A stretch of 64,000 bases of DNA from Octopus bimaculoides (Eukaryota): positions 77,024,087 through 77,088,086 of the forward strand of contig NC_068987.1 in assembly GCF_001194135.2 (NCBI RefSeq). Direction: 5' to 3'. This document shows positions 24,336 through 37,051 of the stretch, one piece after another; the first letter of the stretch is position 1; the number at the start of each line of letters is the position of its first letter. Under the pieces are notes generated by a model. It was not told the DNA's origin and did no database searches. It worked only from the letters and a program-made list of their open reading frames with translations. The position numbers were made by a program, and so were the translations under genes.

Positions 24336-24889
24336 ATAATATATATATATATATATAATTTAAGGTACACAGTATTTAAAATAAGAGATAAACATGTGCC
24401 TCGAGCTCGATGATTGCTTGGAGACGCAAGGCAGCTTATTTAAATCTGCCTAACGTGAAGGCTACCATTGGTTTCATGTCGAGAGAAATTTCTCAGCAAT
24501 TATTATCAAGCTTTCTACATGGAATGTTGATGTCCGCCTTCGTCTTAGATGAAAACACAACGAAATAACATGATATCATCGCTTGATATTTGATAATGAA
24601 CAAATAGATATACGTACAAATGAGACATGATAATTTCCAATTGATTATTTCCCTTATATTAATTTCAATCTATAAAATTTATAAATATGCACAGGTGCAT
24701 GCATCCATGTATATGTGCATACATACATGCATACACTAGCTCATACAATCACACCTGCATTATGCATTTTGAGTATGTACACTTAGTTTGCATTTGCACG
24801 TGTGTGCACATGATTGCAGAGTTTCACATATTTTTCACAAATTTTGGCGTGAAACTTGGTCCATGGTGGTGTTCTGGATTCATAAGTTT

Positions 24890-24945
24890 TGTGCATATAT
24901 TCACATTTGTGCATATATTCACATTTGTTGTGCATATATTCATTC
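24890..24945. repeat. 18-bp tandem repeat TGTGCATATATTCACATT x3
   Basis: Units at 24890, 24908, 24929. Confidence 0.85.
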
Positions 24946-25823
24946 CATGAACTCAAAATCACGTGAATGCGATCGATCGTTCTAGAGGTATATTGTTAAT
25001 CTAATATAAAAATAGTATGCTAGCCAAGCAGTCAAGTGAACGTAAAACAAGAATGTTATGATGGCCAGCTGATTGGGCGAGAAAAAAAAAACTTATAGAT
25101 TTATCCTGTTTGATTTCAGATCGAGATCGATCGTCATTGATGCAATCGGTTATGTTACTAAAATGTTTACACGTTAACCTTGAGATACTGAGATTTTTTT
25201 GATTAGTTTTTATCTATTTTGTATTTTATTTTAACTTTTTATTTTCTATTTTTTGCTTTAATTCAATTCATCTTTATTTAATTTTTTTTTTAGTTTTTAT
25301 TTTTATTTCTTATTTTATTTATTTATTCATTTACTTTCAAAGAAGCAAAAAGCAAAGTGGCTGATCCAAACGAATTCTCTGCATTCAATCAATGAGTGAC
25401 ATAGTTAAATTATGGCAAATTTTCCCTAAATCTGACTGTATTCTACCATTTGACTGATGCTTATTGTTAGCTAAATACCAAACAAAAGCGTCTTGCGTCT
25501 AAATTAAAAGCAGACATTCTTTCTGTGAGCCGAACCTCAATTAAATAAAGACATACATTTGAATAAACTTATTGTTTTCTCTGAACATCAACAAAAGAAT
25601 CTTGTCTCGTGGAGACCGATTCGTAGCCTGGCATTGAACTTCGATGAAACAAAAGAAACTCGCATATATACANNNNNNNNNNNNNNNNNNNNNNNNNNNN
25701 NNNNNNNNNNNNNNNNNNNNNNNNNNNNNNNNNNNNNNNNNNNNNNNNNNNNNNNNNNNNNNNNNNNNNNNNNNNNNNNNNNNNNNNNNNNNNNNNNNNN
25801 NATATATATATATATATATATAT

Positions 25824-25854
<31 letters not shown>

Positions 25855-27692
25855 TGTACGTGTATACATATACATATATATATGTACACGCATACATACA
25901 CATGCACAAATCTGTACATATACATATGCGAATACATGTACACGTTTGTACATACAAATACATATATGAATACATACATGCATATGTATGTTTGTATATA
26001 TGTATACACACACACACACACACACACACACAGACTCATATATATACGAATAAATGTGTAGGTGTGTGAGTGTGTGTGTATACACAGAAATACATAAATG
26101 CATACATACATTCATACATACACACATACACATACATTCGTGTGTGTACGTGCGAACATATAAATATATGCGTAAATACATACTTACATACGCATACATA
26201 CGTACGTACATACATACATACATACATACATACATACGTACGTATATGCATAAGTACATAATACGTATATACATACATGCGTAAACACAAACGAAATCAC
26301 ATAATGCGCATTTGCACGCATACATATATATATATACAAACACACATACGCAAGTGCATACGTACTGAGGCACGTACATACATGCGTACATACATTCACA
26401 TATATGGATATTTGCACATCCTCCACGTTCTCATTCTTCCCCTCTGTCTTCATCGCTCTCCTCATACTCTCCTCTCTCTCTCTCTTCCTTATTTTCCTCA
26501 TTTTCTTTTCTCTCCCTTCCTCTTCTTTACTCTCATCTGTCTTTCTCTTTTTCTCTTTCTCTCTCACTTTGATATGTTTTCCCTGCTCTAATTGAAGTAA
26601 GATTTCCATGGATCTTCACTGATGTTCTATTATGCTGGTATTTTTGAAATTTCTAAATACATTAAAGAAAATTTATGAGTATGATTTTTCAAAAATACTT
26701 CCTTTTTGTTCGTTACGTCACAATGAAACGGGACCAATTACAAAAAAATATATATAAAAATAAAATATCAAAAGAAAAACAGTGAGCAAAAAATAAAAAA
26801 AAAACAACGTGACTAGAGTTACGACAACCATCCATCCGCCTGCATTGTGAGAAAAGGCGTAGTTTAGGCGTCACTCTGAGAATAAATATAAATCAATTTA
26901 CACAACCTAATCAAAGAATACTGTTGCATTCGATTGCGTGCGAGTGAGATGAAGAAAAAACACTAAAAGGTTATTCTTAAAAACCTGTAAGAAGCAGAGC
27001 TGCAACGGTGGACATGTTGTAGAGGATTGATAAATCTATATTTCATATTGATGAGAATTTGAAGTTGATGTAGGAGACATTAAATTTATCGAATAAAATG
27101 TACCAATAATGTTTTGTAAATGGATTTTCTTTCTCTCCCTACACTTCTTCCTCTTCTTCTCTCTACCTCTATCGTGCTCTCGCTTTTTCATTCTCTTTGT
27201 CTCACTTGTTCTTTTACTCTGAAAATATCTTGAATGCCGTGCACTCACTTATTATGTGTGAGGAGAGTTTGTAAAAGGGAAGGGGTAAAAAGTCACAGAT
27301 ACGCACATATATATGGAGAGAGAGAGAAAACAAAGGTGAGTGGGGGGATTGGCAGAAATAAAGAAAATGACAGGAAGAGATAAAGAGAGAAGGGGGAGAA
27401 AGATTTATGGATATGTATTTAATAAGGTAGGACAATGTGTTTTTAAGATGATACGGTAGCATTTGAGATCTCACCAACTTCATTAAATATGTTATCCATC
27501 CTTCTATCCATGCATTAATCTATAAATGTATGTATGAATAAATACGTATACAATATATAAGTATATGCAGATGTGTCTATACACACATATACACATAGAT
27601 ACACATGTATGAATGAGTGTGTGTATATATATATATAACTTTGATAACTTTGGTAGGTTTCGGCCAGTGTAGACCCAGGCCATGTTCTTTTA

Positions 27693-28290
27693 ATCTTTTA
27701 TTCCTTTATTTGTTTCAGTCATTTGACTGCGGCCATGCTGGAACACCGCCTTAATGAGTTTTAGTCGTGTGTGTGTGTGTGTGTGTGACAGGCGTCTTTC
27801 AGTTTCCGTCTACTAAATCCATTCACAAGGCTTTCATCGGCCCGAGGCTATAATAGATGTCACACAGTGGGACTGAACCCAGAACCATGTGGTTAGGAAG
27901 CAAGCTTCTTACCACACAGCCAATATATACATAAACAGGCGCAGGCGTGGCTGTGTGGTAAGAAGACTGCGGCCATGCTGCAGTACCACCTTAACTGCCT
28001 TTAGGTCGAAATAATCAACTCCGTTTCATTTTTAAGCTACAGGGACGTAAACACACCAGCATCGGTTGTCAAGCGATGGTGGGTAGGTGAATGGGCACAA
28101 ACACAGACACACAAACATATTTATAAATATATAATATACGTCGGGCTTCTTTCAGTTTCCGTCTACTAAATCCACTCACAAAGTTTTGGTTGTCCCGAGG
28201 CTATAGTAGAAGACACTTGCTCAAGGTGCCACGCAGTGGGACTGAACCCGGAACCATGCTATTGGGAAGCAAGCTCCTTAACACACAACT
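27693..28290 (-). mobile_element. Cluster of rearranged SINE A copies (27693-27921 -, 27937-27965 + stub, 27966-28290 -)
   Basis: A head and tail motifs with internal deletions and one inverted head stub. Confidence 0.85.
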
Positions 28291-28609
28291 ACATATGTGT
28301 GTATGTGTGTGATAATCATAAACAATAGGTCTCTACAGGTTCACTGTATTTCTGATGGCGTGAATGACAAGGGAGTGTATCGAACTCGGTAAAGAACAAA
28401 TACCGCAAAAGTTTTCTTACAACGAATATTTGTTTTCTCCTTGATGTTTGCTTTATATTCTTGATCGATGTATGTGCATTATATATTAATATGTTATTTC
28501 TTTGAATAACTTTCACATAGATATCGCCAACAAATTTAAGAATATCAGAAAATAGGGTGGAAATATGGGGAAGCCGATAAATGTTGGAATACGAAGCAGA
28601 TTGTAATTC

Positions 28610-29062
28610 TTTCAAAGCCATATTGGAAAATGGTATCAACAAAATAACAAAAGCTCATGTAAAACATTGAATTCGATTAATAAGGATGTTAAGCTTATAA
28701 ACTCCAGTCTGAATAAGGTTAGCAGAGAAAAGATCCTTCATTTAAATAGATCGTATCTTATTATGAAGCAGCAATAACAACATTTCATGAGTAATCATAC
28801 CATATGACTCAATAATCCTATGAAAGCTGAACTTGAGAGAATGATCGAAATTATGTTAGATAGAATCGATAACGAAATACAAGAAAGACCAGACTGACTC
28901 TCAGGAAAATAGAGGACTTGTAATTAGTCGGTTTTCAAGTATCAGAAATTAAAGAGAAAATTTTTTCATACTGTTTGATATAATGGATTACTATCCGTTT
29001 GCAACAAAACTCTTACTTAAATGCAGTCGATTTCACGAAACTTTTTACAACCATCAAATCTA
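28610..29062 (+). mobile_element. Penelope-like RT relic, N-terminal part
   Basis: LNSINKDVKLI...SYLIMKQQ*QHFMSNHTI*LNNPMKAELERMIEIMLDRIDNEI then FDIMDYYP, fitting PLE AFIT.KDHK.NF....RLINP.K.ELG...K.ILD.IN and FDI..FYPS. Confidence 0.7.
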
Positions 29063-29164
29063 AAAGCAAAGGTGCCTTCTGGAGTCACGCCGATTCACAA
29101 GGGCCGGTTTTTCAGCTTCCGAAGTGTAAAAATTCCTCACCTCGACAGGGCACCGATCTGTCGC

Positions 29165-29302
29165 AGAATTTCTCATCCTTTGCGAGCTGAGTAACGTGAA
29201 AGGAAATGTTATTATTCAAGAACACAACGCTCGGTCTAGGAATAGAAACCGCAGTCTTGCGATCATAAATCCAACACCTCTAACCAATAAGCCACACGCC
29301 TC
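29165..29302 (-). mobile_element. SINE C 5' fragment lying within the Penelope relic
   Basis: Reverse complement GGAGGCGTGTGGCTTATTGGTTAGAGG...GTTTCTATTCCTAGACCGAGCGTTGTGTTCTTGAA. Confidence 0.7.
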
Positions 29303-29399
29303 CACAACCGTCAAGGATAAGGGTATATAACTCATAACATGCAAAGATGCCTATTTCTTTTCTCTTCGTGTTACTTGATTTTCGATAAACGAAGATACA

Positions 29400-29800
29400 G
29401 CAGACATTTTTGATGGAAGCATATGTGCCAGAGATCCTCAAGAAATTTCAAACTTTATTGCTAAGTTCTTTTTTTAGATCTAAAAATAAAAGCCTTTTTC
29501 TTTTCCATTCTTCGGTGAAGTTTACAGAGACGGCGGCCACGTTAAGGCCGATAGATTCAAAAAAGATTCAACAGAATTATTCTAAAAATACAACTTGGAA
29601 ATCACGATAAACAACAGTCTAGAAAATATTTAATTTATTTCCTGTGACAATCGGCTTTAAATATGCGTACGTTGCAATCATACTAGAAACTTAACGACAC
29701 CATCTTGGATGTAAACAATAAATCAAATTCTCTACCGAATTTTCTCAAGAATTTGAATATATCGCCTGGGTAGTAATTCCAGATTTCTTTGCGTCGTTCA
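29400..29800 (+). mobile_element. Penelope-like RT relic, catalytic region
   Basis: VYRDGG (decayed LYRDDG)...ADRFKKDSTELF*KYNLEITINN. Confidence 0.6.
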
Positions 29801-29968
29801 CAGAATGAAGATAGATTAATATCATTATTCGTTGAACCAATCGAATGTTAATGCAGCATTTGATTGTTAATAGAGTCGATTATTAAAACAGTACTTGAAT
29901 AACATTAATAGGTTCTGCATTTCAAATTGAGGTTTCTGTCTTCAAAATTATCAATCCATTCTATCTAA

Positions 29969-30030
<62 letters not shown>

Positions 30031-30188
30031 GAGTGGATATGTGGTAAGGAGCTTGTTTACCAGCCACATGGTTCCGGGTTCAGTCCCACTGGGTGGCATC
30101 TTGGGCAGGTGTCTTCTACTATAGCCTCGGGCCGTCCAAAGCCTTGTGTGTGGATTTGGTAGACGGAAACTGAAAGAAGCCCGTCGTA
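30031..30188 (+). mobile_element. SINE A, 5' half, directly after a (TC)n tract
   Basis: GAGTGGATATGTGGTAAG...GAAACTGAAAGAAGCCCGTCG followed by (TA)n. Confidence 0.85.
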
Positions 30189-30611
30189 TATATATATATG
30201 TATTTATATATGTGTATACAAAAAGAGAAAGAGAAAGAGAGAGAGAGAGACACATACACACATACATATATAAACATACATATGTTTGAATGTGTCTGTT
30301 ATATGGTAAATAATGGATATCACAATAACAATATATCTGTATGTGTGTGTGTGTGTGTGTTTGTGTAAGTATGCATATATATATATGTGTGTATATATAT
30401 GTGTGTGTATGTATGTATGTATGTATGCATATATATATGTGCATATATGCATGTATATATATATATATATATTTATAAATATCGTAAATACTGATCGGGC
30501 ACAGACAGTGTGTCATTAGCCAGCTGGAGGCGATGTCTTCCTGGGGCTATAAACTGCAGTAGCATCGTCCCATATGGGTCATTCACATTTAGGTGGCAAA
30601 TATACTTCACG

Positions 30612-30654
<43 letters not shown>

Positions 30655-31372
30655 NNNNNNNNNNNNNNNNNNNNNNNNNNNNNNNNNNNNNNNNNNNNNN
30701 NNNNNNNNNNNNNNNNNNNNNNNNNNNNNNNNNNNNNNNNNNNNNNNNNNNNNNNNNNNNNNNNNNNNNNNNNNNNNNNNNNNNNNNNNNNNNNNNNNNN
30801 NNNNNNNNNNNNNNNNNNNNNNNNNNNNNNNNNNNNNNNNNNNNNNNNNNNNNNNNNNNNNNNNNNNNNNNNNNNNNNNNNNNNNNNNNNNNNNNNNNNN
30901 NNNNNNNNNNNNNNNNNNNNNNNNNNNNNNNNNNNNNNNNNNNNNNNNNNNNNNNNNNNNNNNNNNNNNNNNNNNNNNNNNNNNNNNNNNNNNNNNNNNN
31001 NNNNNNNNNNNNNNNNNNNNNNNNNNNNNNNNNNNNNNNNNNNNNNNNNNNNNNNNNNNNNNNNNNNNNNNNNNNNNNNNNNNNNNNNNNNNNNNNNNNN
31101 NNNNNNNNNNNNNNNNNNNNNNNNNNNNNNNNNNNNNNNNNNNNNNNNNNGGGTGAAAACATTAGAAGATATATTATTATTTGGAGCAATTGTTCGCTAT
31201 TATTATAGAACTATGAATATCCTGTTTTGAGACAACACTTGACAACCAAAGCTGTTGAGAGTGGCAGTTATTTTTAGGAAATAAGTTGTGAACAATAAAG
31301 CATTGAGGTATTGAGTGGAGATTTCGTAGAATGTAACACGAACGTACATACGTGTGAACACAAGTTTGTGAA

Positions 31373-31406
<34 letters not shown>

Positions 31407-31635
31407 CATGCATACATACGTGCATACAAAAATACGTACATACATACATAGATGTATGTTGTGTAATTTGTCATGTGTCCGTTTTTGGATATTATAACGG
31501 ATACTGGTTGCTTTCAATTGCATATTGGCACTAATAAATCATAGATCTAAATCTAAATGTATATTCGACTTAGCGTCTTTTTAAGTGTTATAGGACGTGC
31601 GTGTGAGGAAGAAATCGAGATGCACAGAGAGGAAG

Positions 31636-31683
<48 letters not shown>

Positions 31684-32130
31684 TGTGTGTGCGTGTATGC
31701 GTTCATGTGTGAGAGTGCGTATCTGTGTGTGTGTATTTACGCATTAGTCCCTGCGTGTGTATGCGTGCTTGAGTATATAATACACCTGTTACGTACTAAT
31801 ACAAACACATACACACGTATTCACACACAGACACACATATATATATAGAGACATGTTCATACACACACATGTATAGAGACATACATACACACACATATAT
31901 ATATATATAATTACTTATATATTCGTATGTGAGTGTGTGTGTACGTATGAATGTATTTGTGTATGTATATATACGTTTGTGTAACTGTGAGTGTGTAAAT
32001 ATGTCTGTGTGTGTGCTTTCTATAACTATCTGTCATAAGTTATGATATGATAACATTGTAAAATAATTTTTCGATTGAACTGTAATAACAAATGTCATTC
32101 TGTTATTATTTCCTTTTTTTTTTCACTTAG

Positions 32131-32456
32131 GTATACTGTGTCCTTCCCCTTGAAGGAGATTTTCATGCTGTATCTAGCACGTCAAATGGCCACTTGGCGG
32201 TTTCTCTATTGCCTCGTTGTTTTTGTCTGGAAAAGTGTTGGTAGGTGCGTCGTTTTGTCTGGAGTCAGCCATTTTGGATAGACATGTTATCAAAAATGTT
32301 CCAGCTGTGAGTACATCATTAGTTTTGTTTCCAGATGATTTATATCTCGAAATTAGCCAATTGCTACCCAGAAAATTGCCATTGCCACCCTATTTGATGG
32401 CAGAACGAAATAACGAAATCATTCTGAACATTCGGCTTCAATATAGCAAATTCTAA
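32131..32456 (+). CDS. Candidate exon pair (32131-32240, 32335-32456), possibly a signal-peptide exon plus a second exon
   Basis: Strong acceptor ttccttttttttttcacttag; ATG 32186 gives MATWRFLYCLVVFVWKSV; phase-1 donor G|gtaggt; 94-nt intron ending ttttgtttccag; frame stays open DDLYLEISQLLPRK...YSKF*. Confidence 0.4.
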
Positions 32457-32513
32457 TAATAATTATAGTATTTGCGTACCGCGTAACAGCTATGGTAAAC
32501 TGTGTGTGCATCC

Positions 32514-32581
<68 letters not shown>

Positions 32582-32697
32582 TTATGTTTGTATGTATATG
32601 TATGTATGTATATAAATATATGAATATATACACACACACACACACACATACATGCATGAGTATGTGTTCGTGCGTGTGAGTAATATTTGAGTATTTG

Positions 32698-32928
32698 AAA
32701 AATAAAAGTGATACCAGTGGTGATCGGAGCATAGGGCTCAGTTCTATTGAAACTTCAAGACTTCTTAAGGCAACTGGAAATCCCATGCAAGATGGATGTC
32801 TTGCAAAAAGCAGCCTTATTGGGCACAGCGCACATCTTAGGGAAAGTACTATCTGTCTGAGGTCCTTGTGGTGACTTGACAAATGACTAAAGTCTCCGGT
32901 GCATTTTTACCTACACTGTGTTACAAAG

Positions 32929-32970
<42 letters not shown>

Positions 32971-32975
32971 TAATA
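32698..32975 (+). mobile_element. R4/Dong-like LINE extreme 3' end with (AAT)n tail
   Basis: KIKVIPVVIGA*GSV...LQKAALLGTAHILGKVLSV*, ~60-nt 3' UTR, then (AAT)n. Confidence 0.85.
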
Positions 32976-33036
32976 ATGTGGCTAAATTTGTTAAAGCACT
33001 CGAAAAAGAGGCACACCAACGTAACTAATTTTTTAA

Positions 33037-33880
33037 ACAATGCATGGTCAATACCTCAGAGAAATTAAAGGGAAAGACAAGATCAACACTTGGAAATGAT
33101 TAAGAAAAAACTATTTGAAAGGATACACCGAGCAATGATATGCAGTACCCAGGATCAAGCTCTGGGAACTAATTATACCTAGTTCCAAAGAGATAGGAGC
33201 AGTGCATTGTCCCTTTGTAGGATGTGTAAGTGAGTGTAGCATAGGTGGCCCAAAAGCACTACAAAAGGAAGCATGATAGCATGGCTAAGTTTGTTCACTG
33301 GAGACTGTGTGGAAAGTACGGTGTGGGCAGAACACCGAAATGATACAAACAGGAACCAGAGGGCGTCACCGAGAACAATGAATATAAGATCCTGTGGGAT
33401 TTTACAATCCAATGTGACTCCCTAATCGATGCTCGGAGACAAGGAATTGTTGTGGTAGATAAAAGAAAAAAAGAAGCCGAGATAATAGATATTGCCATAT
33501 TTAGAGATGCACGCGAAGATGACAAAGAGCTGGAAAAGATGGAAAAATAATACAGACTACTAAAAGACGAAATTGCAAGAAAGTAGAGAACGAGGAGAGT
33601 AACTGTTATCCCATTAGTTGTAGGGACACTCGGAGCAGTAACAAGCAGGTTCGAGATATATGTCAGAGAAATTAGAATTAACAATAGAATTAACATGAGG
33701 GCAGAGCAATCCCCCAAAAAACTGCTCTATTAGAGACAGCTAGGATTTTGAGATTGGTGTTTGAGTGTTGAGTGTTTTCAACGATAAGTTAACATCTAAG
33801 TACCAAAGCTTATGATTTGCGGAAATAGAACTTGTGAGACTTCTGACAACAAGTTACTGTTCGCTCTCACAAAGTCAACC
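33037..33880 (+). mobile_element. R4/Dong-like LINE 3' fragment (zinc knuckle plus RLE endonuclease), pseudogenised
   Basis: MHGQYLREI...QDQALGTNY...HYKRKHDSMAKFVHWRLC...KILWDFTIQCD...RRQGIVVVDK...IIDIAI...VIPLVVGTLG...KTALLETARILR; several stops and frameshifts. Confidence 0.9.
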
Positions 33881-34059
33881 AGGGGAAGTAAGACCGAGAG
33901 TTCTGAGAAGTAAAATAATAACACATACGAGATGTCGAAATATCGTTCACTAGATGACAATGGCATTCTTCTTTTAATTTTGACTCTATATCTTCTGGAG
34001 GAGTTACCTCAAACCTATAAATATTAACCAAAATGAAGTAGATTGACACACTTATTTTT

Positions 34060-34429
34060 TTAACCTTTTTAAACCCCGATATTTGGGGGAGGGGACTAGT
34101 TGATGACATCGACCCCAGTAGTTCACTAGTATTTAATTTACCGACCCCTAAAGGATTAAAAGCAAAGTCGACCAAATAATAGTAGTAGTAGTAGTAGTAG
34201 TCATTTCAAGCATATCCTTTTCTCTTCTAGACACAAAGCCCGAAATTTTGGGGCAAGGCGCCAGTCGACCCCAGTACGCAACTGGTACTTAATTTATCGA
34301 CCCCGAAAGGATGAAAGGCAAAGTTAACCCCGGTGACATTTGAACTCAGAACATGCAGACAGACGAAATACCGCTAAGTATTTCCCTCGGCGCGCTAACG
34401 ATTGTACGAGCTCGCAGCCTTAATGATGC

Positions 34430-34476
<47 letters not shown>

Positions 34477-34610
34477 GTAATAATAATAGTAATAATTTCA
34501 AGCATGTATTTAAGGCCAACAGCATGATGTGGAGGTCGGGTTAGTCGATTGAATCGACTACAGCATTTGATTGGTATTTTATCGACTTCCGAAGGATGAA
34601 AAGCTAACAC
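34060..34610 (-). mobile_element. Three tandem SINE B copies separated by (AGT)n and (AAT)n
   Basis: B motifs at 34060-34175, 34213-34421, 34495-34610. Confidence 0.8.
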
Positions 34611-34643
34611 ATGCACTTATACGCCAGAAACACATACACACAC

Positions 34644-34674
<31 letters not shown>

Positions 34675-35464
34675 TGCGTAATCCACATTGCTACCAAAGG
34701 ATATTGGTAGCAACTTAGAGTAAAGCTAGAGGCTATGACAATGAGAAACTTTTCTCTTCAGTAAAGAATCAATATGCGATAATACATCAGCATCGGTATC
34801 ACTATCAAAATAGTTGTAATACTCGATTGATTACTCAAGAAACATTCGATCCTTATCAACACAAACAAACAAACAAACAAACAAACAAACAAAGACTAAA
34901 ATAATGAAAGTGAAAGTAAAACGACGAAAGAAACGGCAAGTCTAATGGTGGGAGTTTGCAAAACCGGCGGTAGTGTTCACATCAATAATAACATCAATAA
35001 TACCGAACTAAAACGGAAATAAAAACAAGGTAGAGTGAGTTTAAGATCAATGATGAACAACGGCATTTGAGAATAGTTGTTTGTCACACTCAGACCGCCG
35101 CTGATAAACAAATTATATTTAGAAAATAACTACTTCAAAAATGCGTGTGTTCTTCATTAATGAGCAAAATAATCATTTTTTTCCTTCTTTTGATATAATT
35201 AAAAAAAAAACAAAATGTGGAGAAAACCGAATGAGATGGAGGAAAGTACATATTGCAATTTTTCCACTTTTCTTGAGTTTTGTGTGTATATGTGTGTATA
35301 TGCGCGCGTGTGTGTGTGTGTTTGTGTGTGTGCACATGTGTATATTGGCATGTGTATGTGTACATGTGTGTGTGTGTACGCACGTGTTTATGTAGGTGTG
35401 TGTTTTGTTGTTTTATAATAGAAGATATGGATTGTTAATTGTTGATGTTGTTACTGATGATGAT

Positions 35465-35670
35465 GCTGTTGTCGTTGCTGTGTAGTTTCTAGGTCAGCCT
35501 TTATCCAGCAGATCTAAGATCCAAAGCATTCCAGCCGTGACCATGCCGCCTTTTTTTTCTGCTCATGTAGGGACAGTGTTGCTCTATATATTGTTTCATT
35601 ATTTCAGGTGCGAAGATTTGATGTGGAGGAAAGTTGTGGCTACACTTTCTAGCAGAACAGGTGACCACGT
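35465..35670 (-). mobile_element. Dispersed repeat family D ((AAC)n-tailed; also ~12935, 38060, 40655, 40880, 44520, 44800, 45140, 52200, 62590)
   Basis: Shared motifs (G/C)ATTCCAGCCGTGACCAT and GGAGATTTGGCTGCTATTTCTAGC across copies; class unresolved. Confidence 0.65.
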
Positions 35671-35733
35671 AGAGGTTCCCAAGGTGCGTAAGGTTTTGAA
35701 AACCTCGGGTGAACTAAAAAGGAGAGTGCATGT

Positions 35734-35772
<39 letters not shown>

Positions 35773-35928
35773 TACATACATACACACACACACATACATA
35801 CACACATACTTCGTTTTCGTTTTTGATTTATAAAATTCTTGATGTGAATTCTTGCGTTGATGCAAATCTTGTCTTGGTAGGGTCATTACACCAATAACAA
35901 TAAACACACACATTGGTTCAATATCATT

Positions 35929-36106
35929 TCTTCACTGTTAGGTCAGTCAATCGGTTTAATATATAACCAACAAACTAATCAATTGTTTGTTTAATGTGTT
36001 GGCTGGTTAAATAAGCAACCGATTGATTGCTTAACCAACCAACACATTAAACAAACGATCGATTAAATTAGTTAGATATTTAACCGATTGACCTAACAAT
36101 AAAGAA
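35929..36106. mobile_element. ~180-bp foldback (palindromic) element, MITE-like
   Basis: Arms TGTTAGGTCA..ATCGGTT..GTTTGTTTAATGTGTTGG.TGGTTAA are reverse complements; half-copy at 19244-19300. Confidence 0.75.
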
Positions 36107-36984
36107 GTGCGTATGTTTATTATTACTGGCATAATGACCCTTCCAAGACACAACTATATATGTATATATATATACATACATATATATATATGTATGTGTG
36201 TGTGTGTGTGCGCGCGTTTATATATGTATTATAGATAAATAGAAAGAAAGATAGATAGATAGATATGTGGTGAGGAACTGTGAAAGAGTAGTCAATACTA
36301 GAAGTAGAGTATAAATTGATTATTATATAAGTTAGAAATTTTGGCATCCTGTTATCATTTACGCTTAGTCTCCGCTACTTTCAGGTCTGCTCTGACACGG
36401 TGTGGTAGTATCTGTCAAGGGCTCAACTTTTGGGTTAAAAAGCTGGAGATGGTTCTGCGACTAAGGCATATAGGACACGGTGGAGGTTTGTACTTAGACA
36501 TGTATCAGACAGGCCTGCGATGTGTGGACATGCCTGGTGTCACGTGAACCAGTCTTCCAGCCTAAGACTTTAACAAATCTTATACCTCAAGGGTAAGCTG
36601 AAAAGAGACTGAGTAAATTATAAATAAACTTGCCACGAGAAAACACGGTTTTCTCTTTTGCATGGAAAATCATGAGACTCCAGATTTTGTTATTGGGTTT
36701 CATGATCGTCGATGTCTGTAAGAAGTTATGGAGAAACGACAGAGTTAATCTGCCGCTCGGTTTAATTCTGTCACCAGGTTCTTGAGTGTCTTCAATAAAG
36801 TTCACTCTGTCACAAGCAGTTAGACCATTCCTCCAATTTGACTTACGTTCTTTTCCCAACCAGTCTCGAAGGCCCTGAAAAAGGGTCGTTGTATCCACCC
36901 TCTCTCTTTTTTTTTTTCGATTTTTCTTTCTCTCCGCTTTCTTTAACCAATCGGTAAACACACATACACACACACACGTATACG

Positions 36985-37015
<31 letters not shown>

Positions 37016-37018
37016 ACA

Positions 37019-37051
<33 letters not shown>

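Noticed and set aside
36385-36547. PAN/apple-like RCGSICQGLNF after an acceptor
   Set aside because: Cysteine spacing is too short, and the frame stops before the donor at 36592
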